A stretch of 64,000 bases of DNA from positions 13,206,001 to 13,270,000 of the forward strand of contig JBHGNT010000007.1 of NCBI GenBank assembly GCA_043228905.1, written 5' to 3'. The DNA is from Azolla caroliniana. Taxonomy: Eukaryota; Plantae; Polypodiophyta. Shown one piece after another: positions 36,316 through 49,490 of the stretch (the first letter of the stretch is position 1; each line of letters starts with the position of its first letter). Both the position numbers and the translations under genes were made by a program. A model generated the notes under the pieces. That model did no database searches and was not told the origin of the DNA. It saw only the letters and a program-made list of their open reading frames with translations.

Positions 36316-38668
36316 GATTCCAAGAGCATCGCATGTCCGGAGGCTGATTACATTAACGTCGGAGCCTCCGTCTATTATTGTGCCAGGGAGTTCTTTCCCT
36401 TTCACAATGGCCGTAATTGCCGGACTGTTGGTGTCCACCACGGCCGGTCCCTCCTCCGGATTTGAGAAGAATGCCGGAGCCGGTGGTGTTCCGCCTGTCG
36501 TCATGCCTTCCTTGAGTCCTTCTGTGAATCTTGGTACTAGCTGCAAGAGTCGTCCCAACGGCAGCGTGATCTGGCATTCCTGCAATACCTACCATCTCGC
36601 GTTTTCGGACTGACTGCTTCCGGCGAGCTCTTCGGTGTTGTCCTTCTGTTGCATGAGTTCTGCTACGTTTCGCTTATTGGCCTTTTTTACCCATTCCGTT
36701 GCTTGTTTCCGGATGGCCTCTTGTGTCTCCCATTCCGTAGTCTTCCCCTTCGACCTTGTGGTGACCTGTTGGAGGTCTGCGACTTCGGCGACTACCATGT
36801 TTACTGTCGGTCGCTTATCGTAGCTTTTTGTCGGACATTGATTACTATAATGTCCTTCTTGCCGGCAGTAATAGCAATATGCTTTCCGGGTGTTGCTGGA
36901 CTCGGCATTGTTTCCTGTACCCGGTGGAGGACTTGTGGTAACCGCGGGGCTCTGGTCTGGTTGGCTGCTTGAGGCACCTTTTTCCAGTTCACGTGGGTGG
37001 CTCTCGTTTTTGAAATGTCATTTTTTATTAAAGTTCTTTTTGTTGCGGTACCCTTGTCGGGGTTGGTCGTCATACCTCCCGTACTCTTCCCGTCGTTGGT
37101 GATACCCGGGGGAGTGATCCCAGTTGTGATGCTCGTACCATCCATTGTATTCTCGGTACTTGTCGTATCTCTTGTATTGGTCGTAGTTGTCTCGCCGATT
37201 GTTGTACTGGACATCTTGTGCCGGTCGATATCGCTCCTCTCATCGCTAGCGTTCGTCTTCTTCGTCTCGGCTGCTACGTGGCTCGATTTTGCCGGACTGG
37301 TGGAGCTTGCCGATTCAATAAGTTATATTCGCACCGGTCCATCGTGTGGCTCATAGATTGGCAGAGTAAGCAGTGCGTCCTCATGGTGCACTCCAGTGAC
37401 GAGTGTTCGGAATTCAAGCAAGTCGTGCATTGGATTGCTTGCCGGAAACGGAGATCCTCATCGGTTGGTAATGCTCGTTGGAGGGCTCCCATTGTTAGCC
37501 AAGAGCTCATTTTCTCCATTTCTCGAACCCGGTCGATGACCTGGTCGACAGTGCTTGTGCGAAAGTCAATGACCGTGCATACCATTCGTAGAGGTTCCCG
37601 GAGCGCGGCTAAAAATATAGCCCGCGTTTCTTCCTCTGGAGGTGCGTGGGTTAGCTGACTGTGCATCCGTTGAAATCGGATGACAAACTGTGGGATGCTC
37701 TTGCCGGGGTCCTGCCGAATTGTGTAAAATAAGCCCACCATTTCTCGTTGATCCACCTCCTTCTGGAAGAAGTGCAAGAATTTGTCTTTCAGGTCCGCAA
37801 AGGTGGTGATGGTGCTGCGATCCTGCGTCCGGTGCCATCTGGCGGCCGGTCCTTCTAATGTCACGCCGAATTCGGCTATCTTAGATCGTTCTTCTTCTAT
37901 CACGGTTAATCGTTGTGACACATGGTTTGCTTCCCATGTTTGTTCAAATGCGTGAACATGAGCCTCCGCATCCGGGTCATCCCAATACTTGGAGTATTGG
38001 AACGGCATATCATCGTCCGGTGTCGGTACGCGGTCTGGTGGTGTTGGTAGTCTTTCCTGTTGTTCCGTCGGCGTCTAAGGTCTTTGCCGGTTTTGCTTTG
38101 GTGTTGCCGGCTCAACTTCCGGTGTTGGAGATTTTTGCCGGTGTACTTCCGTCTCCGGAGGTTGCTCCCCGACGGGTGCCGGAGGTTGCTCCACGACGAG
38201 TGCCAGAAGTTCTTGGTCTGCCAACTCTGGTTCCGGTGTCGATAAAGTATCCGACTCCTCGTCCTCCGGTCCTCCTGGGGTGTCATTACTACTGCGATAG
38301 TTCATTTGCGCGTTGTAACCCCCCCGTCCGAATCCGATTCCAGTGCTGAGAATGCTACGGATTCGCCTTCTCTTCCGACCAAGGCCTGGAGAAGGGTTTC
38401 CGCTTCCCGGAGGCTGCTTAAGTTGCTTCCTTCGTCCGGGTAGGCGTTTTGTTGCAAACGGAGCGACTCCTCCGCCACTTTCCGGATCACTTTGGAAAAT
38501 GATCGATCCATTCGAATTTCTTCCACTGCTTGCTGAAAAGCCTCTCGCCACCATCTCCGTTCAGCAAGTCTTCGTGCTCTCTCCGTAACCGGGTCGTCTG
38601 TTGGCCTCGTTATCCATTCCTGCCGTTGTTCTTTGCGATAATACAGGAATCGTGGTCGCCAAAAACTG

Positions 38669-39138
38669 TGTTATTGCTAGGGCCGGACAACAGCCTAACA
38701 CAGGGTGTCCACTTAAGACATGTCACCAAAGGGTGGTACGGCAGAATGACTTATGGCACAACGCTTAATTAGACCTTAATCGATTACTTAGCCATCCGTA
38801 ATTAACGCGCATAAGATATGACAATAATCACAGAACGGTAATCAACACTTGAAGATTAAGACCATAAGCTTTATTAATTATCCGCTACTGATTACATTGT
38901 AACCGGGCCTTTATATAGGTCTTTGGTGCGAAATACAAAACGGTGCCAAACGGCACCTTTACGGAATCGTTCCGGATCCGGATCGGCATATCGATTCCGG
39001 TCCGTCTGTCCACATCTTCTTATATAATAATATGTATATATTAAAACTACTACTTCCAACAGTTCCCGAATAACTATTCCTTTCACACTCTGGTTTGGAG
39101 TTTGGACCTCCTTTAGCCTTCTTTGCCGGCCGGTAACA
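38669..39138 (-). repeat. 5' LTR of F
   Basis: Reverse complement begins TGTTACCGGCCGGCAAAG and ends AATAACA, followed by CAGTTTTTGGCGACCAC. Confidence 0.92.
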
Positions 39139-39710
39139 TATAAGACTCGAACCACCGCCCTTCCGTTGCGAGTTGAGGACCACAACCACCAAGCTAGTTC
39201 TTCTCTTCTCTTAAGGATACCTTTCTCTCCCTCTTTCTCTATTATAATATATCTTTCTCTAGATCCAATATAATCCTCTCAATCTTATTTCTTGGGTTCT
39301 TTTGTCTATACTTCCTTCTCCTTTTATAGGGAAGAGATGGTTCTACATGTGGGCCATGTGGCACACATGTAGAGAGGCTCTTGCATGTGTGCTATATGGT
39401 GCACATGTAGCACGTTTGATGGTTTAAACCATATAATACTACTTCAAATGAAAACAAGACACATGTTTATACATATTGTAAGTATAGGCTAAATGGTAAG
39501 GTTGAGGTTGTTGGTTCACGTCCTCTTTTGCCCATGTAATTTGCTATATGGTGTGCATGTATTATATTAAACATGGTTCAAACTATAAAATACTACTTCA
39601 AATCATATATTATTTTGTAAATTATTAGTATAGGCTAATGGTAACCTTTGAGTGTCATAAGGTAGGGTTTATTAGTTTAAGTCCTCTCTTGTCCATGTAA
39701 TATAATAGAT
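39139..39710 (-). repeat. Probable degenerate LTR (host site of F) with tRNA-like segments and an internal duplication
   Basis: Minus-strand CCTATAAAAG near 39321-39330; duplicated block ~39400-39545 and ~39550-39705; A/B-box-like motifs. Confidence 0.45.
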
Positions 39711-39792
39711 TTTATTTATTTTTGTCTCTACATATAATGTATAATATTATCATAGTATGTTATTAACATTATAAAGGTTTATTTTATTTTCA

Positions 39793-41327
39793 TTATGTAT
39801 TTATCTTATTGTAGACTTTTAATGTGAAGCTTTCGTACTTCAAGACACCGCCGTGCCTCTTTAGTGGCCCAACCAATGCATTTTCAGCTTCCACTAGATT
39901 CGCTAATATCGTATCTTGGAGATTATCCTCTTCTAGTGGCACCATTTCAAGGTGGTATACCATGAATTCCGTGATCATTCTAGGAAGCTTCCTAAATTTC
40001 ACATTTATATAGCATATGCCTTGCTCATTTGCCTTGCTCATTTGCCTTGCCCAAGCTCCATATCATGGCATCTTTCATTTGTCTTTTCATTTTCACACCT
40101 ATTGTAGTACCATATGTTGAATCTACATGAGCACCCATTTGTTGTTCCAACAATCCGAATGCTTCTTCTCTATTGTGGGGCTCCTTATTTCCAGCGACCA
40201 GCATATAGGACAGTCCAGCGATCTGACCTTCGTCCACACAATTACTATAGATATTGATTCTACACATGTTGTCCTTCTTCATCTCAGTTCCACACATTTC
40301 CTTGAACCACTTTGTGCCTATCAGTTTCAATTCGATTTGTTGCTCGGTATTTGGTAGGGGGGTCACTTTGTATTGAGGATTCCATTTCACTCTTGACCAT
40401 TTACGCATACCTTTATTTTTGTCCATCCTATTCTCTTCCTCTTTTCTAGCACGCATGTGCCTTTGTATTTTTGCTATCACCTTAATATGTTGGGTTGTCA
40501 CTAGTGACTTATCTTGCTCTTTCAAGGGGCTTACAACCTTTCCGATTCTTATTTCTCCTACCTCATCCATACATTCCTGATGCATCTAATCAATTTCAAC
40601 TACTAACAAGCCGTCTTCCTACGGCAATGTCTGTGTATCATTAATAGCACTCACAAAGTTGTTGTCCGAATTTTCCTTTGATCTTACTTCCTTGTCATTA
40701 GCTATGTTTTCGTTGTCCTCTAAGGTTAAGAGTTCATATTTGTTGCTTAGGTAAACCAGGGAAAAAGGTTGTTATTACTGTTGGATTGCCTACACAAGCA
40801 TTTGCTTTACACATGCCGAAGTTGACATCCCATTTGAATACATGTGCTCTTGCATTGTGCCATGTCAACGGGTTGCTCTCGATAATTTTGCATATATTCG
40901 TTTCAAGCATCACAGTAACATGGTAAAACCCCTTTCCCATAAATGTGATGTCCTTCATTCTTCCAATGTTTTCTTGCAAGCAGCTTTGCAACCAATCACG
41001 CAACAACGGTCGATACGAACGACTACCCACCACTTTCACCACAAATTATTCCTGTCTAAGTCTTATTATTTCACTCTCCATGATGCATTCTTCTTATGGG
41101 GAGAGAACGAAGGCTCCCATAGCTTGCATTGAGCTACCACTCGGCCTATTCATCCCATCTATCTGATGTTCTAGATCATCATCATAACCATTAGAGTTTC
41201 GATCCTCACATTCTTGTGTCCCCTTGTTGGCAAGAGGGTTTCGTGTTGTTGTTTGTGCAGCCTCCGATGCTTCGGAGACGTTGTTTGATGCCCCCTCAGT
41301 TGTTGTCGCTCCTCTCATCCCCGCCAT
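39793..41327 (-). pseudogene. LINE (L1-type) ORF1 remnant, DUF4283-like
   Basis: KVVGSRSYRPLLRDWL..ITFMGKGFYHV..PLTW..HVFKW resembles the RRM-like ORF1 domain of plant L1; fragmented; no ORF2 seen. Confidence 0.6.
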
Positions 41328-43767
41328 CCCCGTCCACCGTTCCTTCTCCTATGCTCGTCTCAGTATCTAGCACCTAATTGTTGCTCGTCACCTGCTCGTC
41401 TCAATCTACAATGAACTTCACGGAACCTACTGAACTTATGTAAGCAATACAAAACTTCACGGAACCTAGTGAACTTATGTAAGCATTCAATTGTGGAGAT
41501 GTTTTAATATGACATTGGCAATTATTCACAATTGTCATGCAAGGACTTGTTTAATCGGGACATCAATTTTTTCTCATGTCTCTACTTAACATTTTTGTGG
41601 GTCCTTCAAAAGGTATGTAGACAAAAAACCATTTCTACCTAAAAATGAAACGAGATAGTATTAGTGATGATTAAAATGTTGTAATTTCTTTAAAAACATG
41701 AATGTGTAGTGTGCTTGAACCAAGAAATGAATTACATTAGAAATTATTCGAGGGTAAATCTTTTTTGAGGGTTTGTATCATTTGATAATATCGATAGTCC
41801 ATTGCAACCTTAATATAGAGTTAACACATTGGTGATGCCTATACGGATAACTATGTTTCAATTTTAAATAAGTGCAAAACGAAATTTTGCGCGGCATTAA
41901 CTTACTTTATTATTGTCAAGTTATGTCACTATTCACACATGTAAGAGGTTGTTATCACATGAATGTCACAAAAATCATTCAAACATAAAAGATAGAGCTT
42001 ATGTAGCATGGATTTTGATGCAAATCATTGGAAATGCTCCTTGACAATACATGAAAGCATGACGCGACCACACAAAACTATATCCTCTTTGTTATCCATC
42101 TTAGTTACACTAAACTTTACTAGAGTGAATAAAGAGGAATCCCCAAACAAATTTAGCAATTGTCCATATAGTCACTATGTTCTATTTATAAACATTCGAA
42201 AAACAATGGTGGGACTTGCATATTTAACTTTTTAAGCAACTCTCAAGGTTTTTGTTTTCGGTGATGGTGGTGGGGTAGGAGCTTGTATATTAATGAAGAT
42301 AGGGGACGCGAGGTTCTTCATTTAGTATCTAGTAGAAAATGGGAAGAAGTGTTAGTGATTGATTCGTTGGCATGAAAGGAATCCTCCCACTATATGCTAG
42401 ATATAGGACCCCTCCCATCAATCCATGTCATACGTGATAGAAACGCTTTCACATATTAGATGTTATGTGCATATACATGCAAGGTTTGACATGTCGAGTT
42501 AGTTAGTCTGTGAGTTAGTTAGATAATGATTTAATTAAAACATTCCAATTATGCATAGGACAACAAACCTCCTCATGAATTAATTCAACAAAACTCGTGA
42601 TGGTAAGCATTGTTGCACGGAACGTGACACACTAAATATTTTACTTGTGACACACTAAATATTTTACTTGTAACAATTCCTTTCTGTTGTTGGTGTGTAA
42701 ATAATTATTGGAGTTGGTACTTGTCCTTTTTTACACAAGATTAGTGGATTTCATATAGAATTGAGATGTAACGATAAAACACTCTTGTTGGGTTGGCAAC
42801 GATGCTAACATACATGGTATAAGAGTTAAACAACTTGATCATTTAAAATATAATTGGATGTATGAATAATGAACTATATTCAAAATGATACCTTCCATCG
42901 ACATTATTTGTTTGTTTGTTTTATGTGCGTAATCATATGTATGAAGTTCGAAAACTCCTAGATTTTGCTTTTCATATTAGAACGCAACCCCATCGTGTGG
43001 GGTATTTATTGGCTTGTGTCATTGAGATGATAAGTTCACTACTTGTAAAATTATTCTAATAATTTCACGACTAGTGTTAGAAGAATATATTTGAGTAAGT
43101 GAACCCATAAAGTGCTCGCTTCCAAACTAACGCCACGAAGTTTGATTGAAACTTGCCTTGCCTTTTTATTTGTAAATTTCACAACAAACGATACAATTTA
43201 GTATTTTGCCTTTCTTACAACATGTTCGTCACATATATCTAGTGTTTCAGTGCCAGAGAACATATGGCTTCCTATTTTTTCCACTTCCATATTTAAAGTA
43301 TGATAGGACCGCAATGAGATGAAGAGTGAGTAGTTATAGGAGGGGAGGGAGCATCAATTGAAGATCATACAAGAATGTTAATGATGATAAACAATACAAC
43401 AAATTCCGGCATTTAACACGCAATTTTGTGTATGCCATCATAAAAAATTGGAGCTTACCATCAACATAAGGAACTTGAATAAAAACACAAGGATATGGAG
43501 AAAAAGAGGACAAGAGTTCAAAATGTTTGGTCGTATTGACATTATATGGTGCAGTTCCGTAATCCAAGCATGACCGTCGTGGAATGTGGTAGGTAGTAAG
43601 TCACTCAGAGGATCGAGAGGAGCTTGGATGATGGGGCACCAAGCGCGTTGCGGTCCGGTGGATGGATATGCATGGCCATACGTACATACATACATACATA
43701 CTGATACATATGTATATCATTATGTATGTATGTATGTATAAACATGTGTGTGCGCGTGTGTCATTGG

Positions 43768-43815
<48 letters not shown>

Positions 43816-44273
43816 TGTGTGTGCGTGAGTGCACATTAACCTCTCCTCCCCTTCCTTGCCTTTTTTTTGTTTTTATTGATTTATTTGTTTCTATATTTTT
43901 TATTTAATTTGGGGGATTATATGAGCATACTGTTGAGTCGAGTTTATGCATGAATGTCGGATAAAGAAACTTTTTATAATTAATTAGTCATTTATTTACT
44001 TTCTCTGATATTGAGAAAGGGTTATATATAATGTATGTATATATTTAGAGGAACCGGAGGGATTAGAGAGATAGAGCGAGAGAGAATCATCATCATCAAA
44101 GGCCTGGCCTGCCATTAATTCGTTCCAGATTAGCAGCAGCCTCCTGCTAATAATTCTTTCATTAGTTAGTTAGTTAGTTATCGTTTTGTGTTTGTTTTCG
44201 ATGGGGCAGGACTATTGAGCTCCTGCTGGTTGAGGCTAGAAGAAGTCCTAATAAGTCGCCAACATGTCAATAG

Positions 44274-45210
44274 ATGTCTGCACCTAAATGCCTGATTACT
44301 ACTACTACAGGAAAGCATAAATCCCCTTCTTCTTCTTCTTCTTCTTCTTCTTCAAGAAGCATGTCATCCTCCTCTAAATTGGGTCAAATGCCCGCACAGC
44401 ATCTAATCCACCAGCACTATGAGGCGCGGAGCTTGATCGAAATTGATCTGACGGCCGACAAGATCCTCGACATATTGGATCATTCTACCACCACAACCAA
44501 CCCTACGCTGGTTTCCATGGCAACATCAATGGTGACTGGAGAGATTATTAGCCCTTTGATGGTGGTGGTTACAACACCCACAAACTCCACAGTTGCAAAT
44601 AGGATTAGCCCCATCGCGAACCTAAAGAGGTTACATGGATGGATCACATGGCAATTAATCCGAATGTTCACGAGGGGGGGAGAAATGGTGCTGGATCTTG
44701 CATGCGGGAAAGGGGGAGACCTTAGGAAATGGGATAAAGCTGGAGCTCGGTACTATGTGGGTGTCGACATGGTGGCCGGGCTTTTGGATGCCGCTCGCAA
44801 TCGCTACCTCTCATCGGGATGCAAGTTCACGGCCCGCTTCGTGTGTGGGGATGCGTATTCCGGAAGCCTTCTCAAAGAGGTGGCGGCCATCACCACGGTG
44901 GAAGACATTACTACTACTACTACTACTACTACTACGACTACTATGGGGGGTTTGAAGAAGGTAGGGGCAGGGGCATTGTTCGATGTCGTGAGTTGCCAAT
45001 TCGCATTGCATTACGCTTGGTCTAGCGAGGAGCGCGCACGAGCCGCGATTCAAAACATCGCGGCCTCATTGAAGCCCGGAGGATTCTTCATCGGCACAAT
45101 TCCCGATGCCGATGCCATCATAGAGAAGCTCCGAGCATCAGCAGCCACGGTCCCCGAATATGATGAGATTGATTGTTGTGTCGATGATGATGACAACATT
45201 TTCTCTTGCG

Positions 45211-45241
<31 letters not shown>

Positions 45242-45908
45242 AGAAGAAGAAGAAGAAGAAGAAGATGGTGGTGGTGGTGGAGACCAGAATTATCATAATG
45301 TGGCTACCTCTGCCCTAATAGACTGCGTCCGCGGCACGAGATTTTTAGTCAGCAATGGGCCAGCAGCAGCTGGATCATTTGGGTGCGGCAAGCATTCGAT
45401 CGATCAAGGCAGCACCAATGATATTATCACATTCGGCAACCGTGTCTACCACATAACATTTACAAAGGAGAATTGCAAGCGTGCGGTGAACCTATACGGC
45501 CAGAGGAGCCCCAAAACAAATCATCATCCCACCAGGGTCCCGGGCATGGCTACACAAACACAAGCACAAGAAGCACGCGGGACGACCACATCTTCATCGT
45601 CTTCGTCTTGCGATCCCTCATGGTTTGGCATCGAATACGAGTTCTTCCTGGCGGATGCCGTCCACGAGTGCCCTGAATGGCTGGTACCATTGTCATCCCT
45701 CACAAGCCTAGCGCGGGAGCTGGGGCTCCACCTAATCTTCGCCTCCAACTTCCAGCGATTCCTGGCGGAGCAGCGCCGCCATTTCCACCATCCTCACCAC
45801 TCCACCCCTGACGAGTGGGATTGTGCCTCCATCTACCTCACCTTTGCCTTCCAAAAGCACCAACCAACCCCCTCCTCCCTTCTTCTACCTCTCTCTCCAT
45901 TGCTCTAG
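44274..45908 (+). CDS. RNMT: mRNA cap guanine-N7 methyltransferase (RNMT/Abd1 family), intronless and divergent
   Basis: 544-aa open ORF with VLDLACGKGGDLRKW, YYVGVD, FDVVSCQFALHYAW, LKPGGFFIGTIPDA, FGIEYEFFLADAV.CPEWLV, EWD..SIYLTFAFQK. Confidence 0.93.
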
Positions 45909-48900
45909 CCCTACATACCCCTACCCCTATCTACCTACCTACCTACCTTCTTCTTCTTCTTCTTCTTCTTCTCTTCTTCTTCTCTTCTCTTGTGAGTTTT
46001 TGTAGCCCCCCTACCCCTACCCCTACCCCTACCCCCTAGTTTTTGTTTTGTTTCATCATGAAATGTTTGTTTGTTGCTAGCCATTGGCCGCGCGCACCTT
46101 GGGCCGCCGCCTACAGCCTAAACACACACGCACACACCGACTTTTCAACGTTGCTCGGCCGGCCATCTGTTCACATACACACACACACACACACATGTCT
46201 ATGTCTATGTCTATGTCTATGTCACCTTTCTCCTCCTCTTGCTTGGGTTTCTTGTCACATGGGCGGAACCTACCCCTTCCTTCTCCACTTCCTCAACCCA
46301 ATCTGGGTCGGGTTCCTTTCCCCTTGTCATAGACACTAGGAACATAGTCTTCGTTACAACCCATGAATGGAATGGGATCTTATATATATATATATATATA
46401 TATGCGTATAATGCCTTTTATTTGCCTCCACTTCTTACCTTCGTACATCATCGTCGTCCAGATTTCGCGTTTTGAGTTGAGTTGTTACATAATTATTTTT
46501 TGTAATACAGGCAGAGTGTTGGGTGTTATGTGTCTCTTTCTCATGATTTCTTTTCATGACGGGTTGTTATATATAAGGCCCACATTATATGGACGCATAT
46601 TCTTCTTGCTTTTTGCAACCATATTTCACATCTTTACCATGTTTAAAATGGACAATGTCTCTCACGGTACATATTATGTGTCTCCATCCGCAACATGATC
46701 AATGGTTCCTTTGGTTTTTCCACCATATGCACACACACACACACACATCATCATCATCACTTGGAGCATGTTCTTCAAATATGACACATTAACTATACAT
46801 TTCTCGTGCAATGGACTAGCATTAATGTGCATTCCAGTATCGGATTCCTTGTATCGCAATTCGCAACCAATATTACTACCATTTCGCCCATGTATTAATC
46901 ATAACAAATCGAATCATCTTGCTTCACACCCCCTTCCCCTCCCATCACAAGGTTGAGGCAATGAGGTTATCGTAATTTTATGTAATCTCTCATATATTTC
47001 AAATTGCCATTTGCATAGGCTTATATCAACACATTTTTTTGGTGATTACATGCCTATTTACTTACAAACATATGCAAAGATATGGAGTCATGTGAATTTA
47101 GTATAAAGAAAAGCTTAGTATATATACCATATAGAATGTTAATACAACAGAACACATGTGCCTTTGAGAATTATTATTTGATTAGGTGTTCGTTAGGCGT
47201 AATTACACATTGATATAATATGCATTGTGTGTGTGTATACCTGTTATTTTCTGTGTTGGCAAGCTTTTGGCCTAGATTGGTGAGCTTTTTAGAGTGTGCT
47301 TTTCCTCTCCATGGTTCATGTGTGACTCATGCATGGCCCACATATAGCCATCACACATCCATGATCCATACATGACATGCCGTTGACATATCCATTATTA
47401 TCTATAGTATATACCATTTCAGTCCGTGTGCAACCATGTGTTCCCATAATCATACCATTTATTTGAACTCAGCCCTTCACACATCCATCACATATCCATG
47501 AGCATCTATACCCTTACATTCAATGTCTAACTGTGTATGCCCATTATCATAACTTAAGTTGTGGCATTTTGACAAATATGCAAAAGTCCAACTTTTTGAA
47601 ATCAATAAAAAATATAAGATAAATGTATGTATGTATATATATATATATATATTGATTGTATAGATCGAAAGACGACAACAAAACAAAGGCCTTCAATAAA
47701 TTGTTGTGTCTTGCTTGCTTGGCACCAAAGTGAAGAAAGTCTTATGTCCTTGCAAAAATGCAATGAAGGCCTTCAATTTGTCGTGGCCTTTTGATCTATA
47801 CACACAAAATATGTTGGAAAAAAATTATTTTTGATACTTCATATCTCTTAAGCTAATAAAAGGAGCAATATTGTTAGCATCCACATCTTTTATACCACCT
47901 CACCCATGAGAACATCAATTTAAGAATATCTACACTCTTTGACTTACACATGGTGACCCTTCTGGGTGACAAATTCCCACAATGTTTCGCGTCACAAAAT
48001 TGTATGTAGTTTGTTGTACTCATTGTGGACATTAATCTCTTATGGACCTCTCCTCTAACTCTCCGTACTTTCACTTTATATAGTCTCACAAATCGTTGGA
48101 ATGCCTCATAGTTGAAGATGTCTTTTGCGTAAGCTTCCCATAAAAAAAAGAAGCTCTTGCATTTGGAATCCTATATGGAGGGAAAAATTTGTGCGAGAGA
48201 AATCTTTTGGGTTTGATGATTGAATGCTAAGTCCAGTTTTTTTTATTTTGTTTATTTTGAAAATTAAGGAAAAGAAACTCAACATAAGAAAAGAATGTAA
48301 AACCTCTTGTAAGTTTGGAGTCATATTTTTATTTATTTATTTATTTATTTATTACATTCCATGTTTCAAGGAACGCCTTTTGATTAATCAAACGTCGAAT
48401 AGTTATATGATTAATTGCCCCCTTTTCTTCCTTTGTTGTTGATCCGGTGTTTGGGGAAATGAGAAAAACCTAAGGGTTCTTTTTGAATATGTATTTCTCT
48501 AATATCAAATAGCCAAACTATAGTTTCGTATTTAAAAGACTCTCACTAACACAAAGTCAATCAATCAATAAGAGAGATGCCTCTAGGGAATCGACATATT
48601 CGCTAATGTCAATTAGAATATACCCTAATTACCTTTAAGTGAACATACTTTTGGCTAATAATGTGATTACCAATTTCACTTTGTAATGATTAATATCACA
48701 ATAAGAGTGAGTGACTAACCAAGTAGTTATGCTAAATCTACTTTGATATTAATGTTAATGTCGTAAGTGTTATCATCGGAATTTGGAAGTGTTGTAACTT
48801 GTAATAATATGAAGATTGGATGCTATTACATTTCAAATGTTAGTTGTTAATACATGAAGAGTTAAAATAGGTAATGTGGATAAGTTTGCAATATGAAGAT

Positions 48901-49421
48901 AAACTCACGAGGGCATTAAAAAATTTCTATGATGTTTCAAATATCGACATACCAATTGAGAAATTGAATGAGTTCTATAGCACAAAGATTGATTAACCGA
49001 ATTGAAGCTTTGCCATGGATAGGTTATCCATAGTCATGGATGTAAGATGGATCATGGGTTATGGTTAAAAGCTCACCAATCTAGGTTGAAAGCTCATATT
49101 TGTGGGGGAAAAGGATCACCACCCTAATTGAGAATGCTCACCGATCATTTTCTAGAGAAAATATCAAATTCCCGTGTCACTCACATGTGCCAGCACTTGG
49201 TGGGTGCAATCATGAAGATTCGTTTTGTTCAATAGTTCTTCATTCTCTTACTCCTTGCGACTAGTACATATTCCCACATCTCCACTACCATTGGGGATTG
49301 GGATTTTACCTCCATTTAATACGTGGAGGGTGAGATTAATAAATCCATTAACCTCATATAAAACAAACACTTTTTAACTTCACGTACTCTAGAGTCTTGA
49401 TACTACAAACATAACAGATGT

Positions 49422-49490
<69 letters not shown>

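Larger units (their letters stand above)
32334..39138 (-). mobile_element. Gypsy element F (family of C); 3' extra ORF and 3' LTR absent
   Basis: pol fragments 32692-33255, 33197-33571, 33572-35677; gag 37274-38008; PBS 38652-38661; LTR 38669-39138 homologous to the C LTR. Confidence 0.95.

Noticed and set aside
41410-42672. Short tandem duplications (41413-41486, 42625-42671; also 751-790 and 40017-40050)
   Set aside because: Ordinary slippage or repair duplications with no further structure.
44274-45908. Viral (NCLDV/poxvirus) capping enzyme or horizontal transfer
   Set aside because: Motifs (SCQFALHYAWSSEERAR, FGIEY.F.L.DAV.CPEW) follow the plant RNMT1 pattern; no triphosphatase or guanylyltransferase domain and no viral neighbours.
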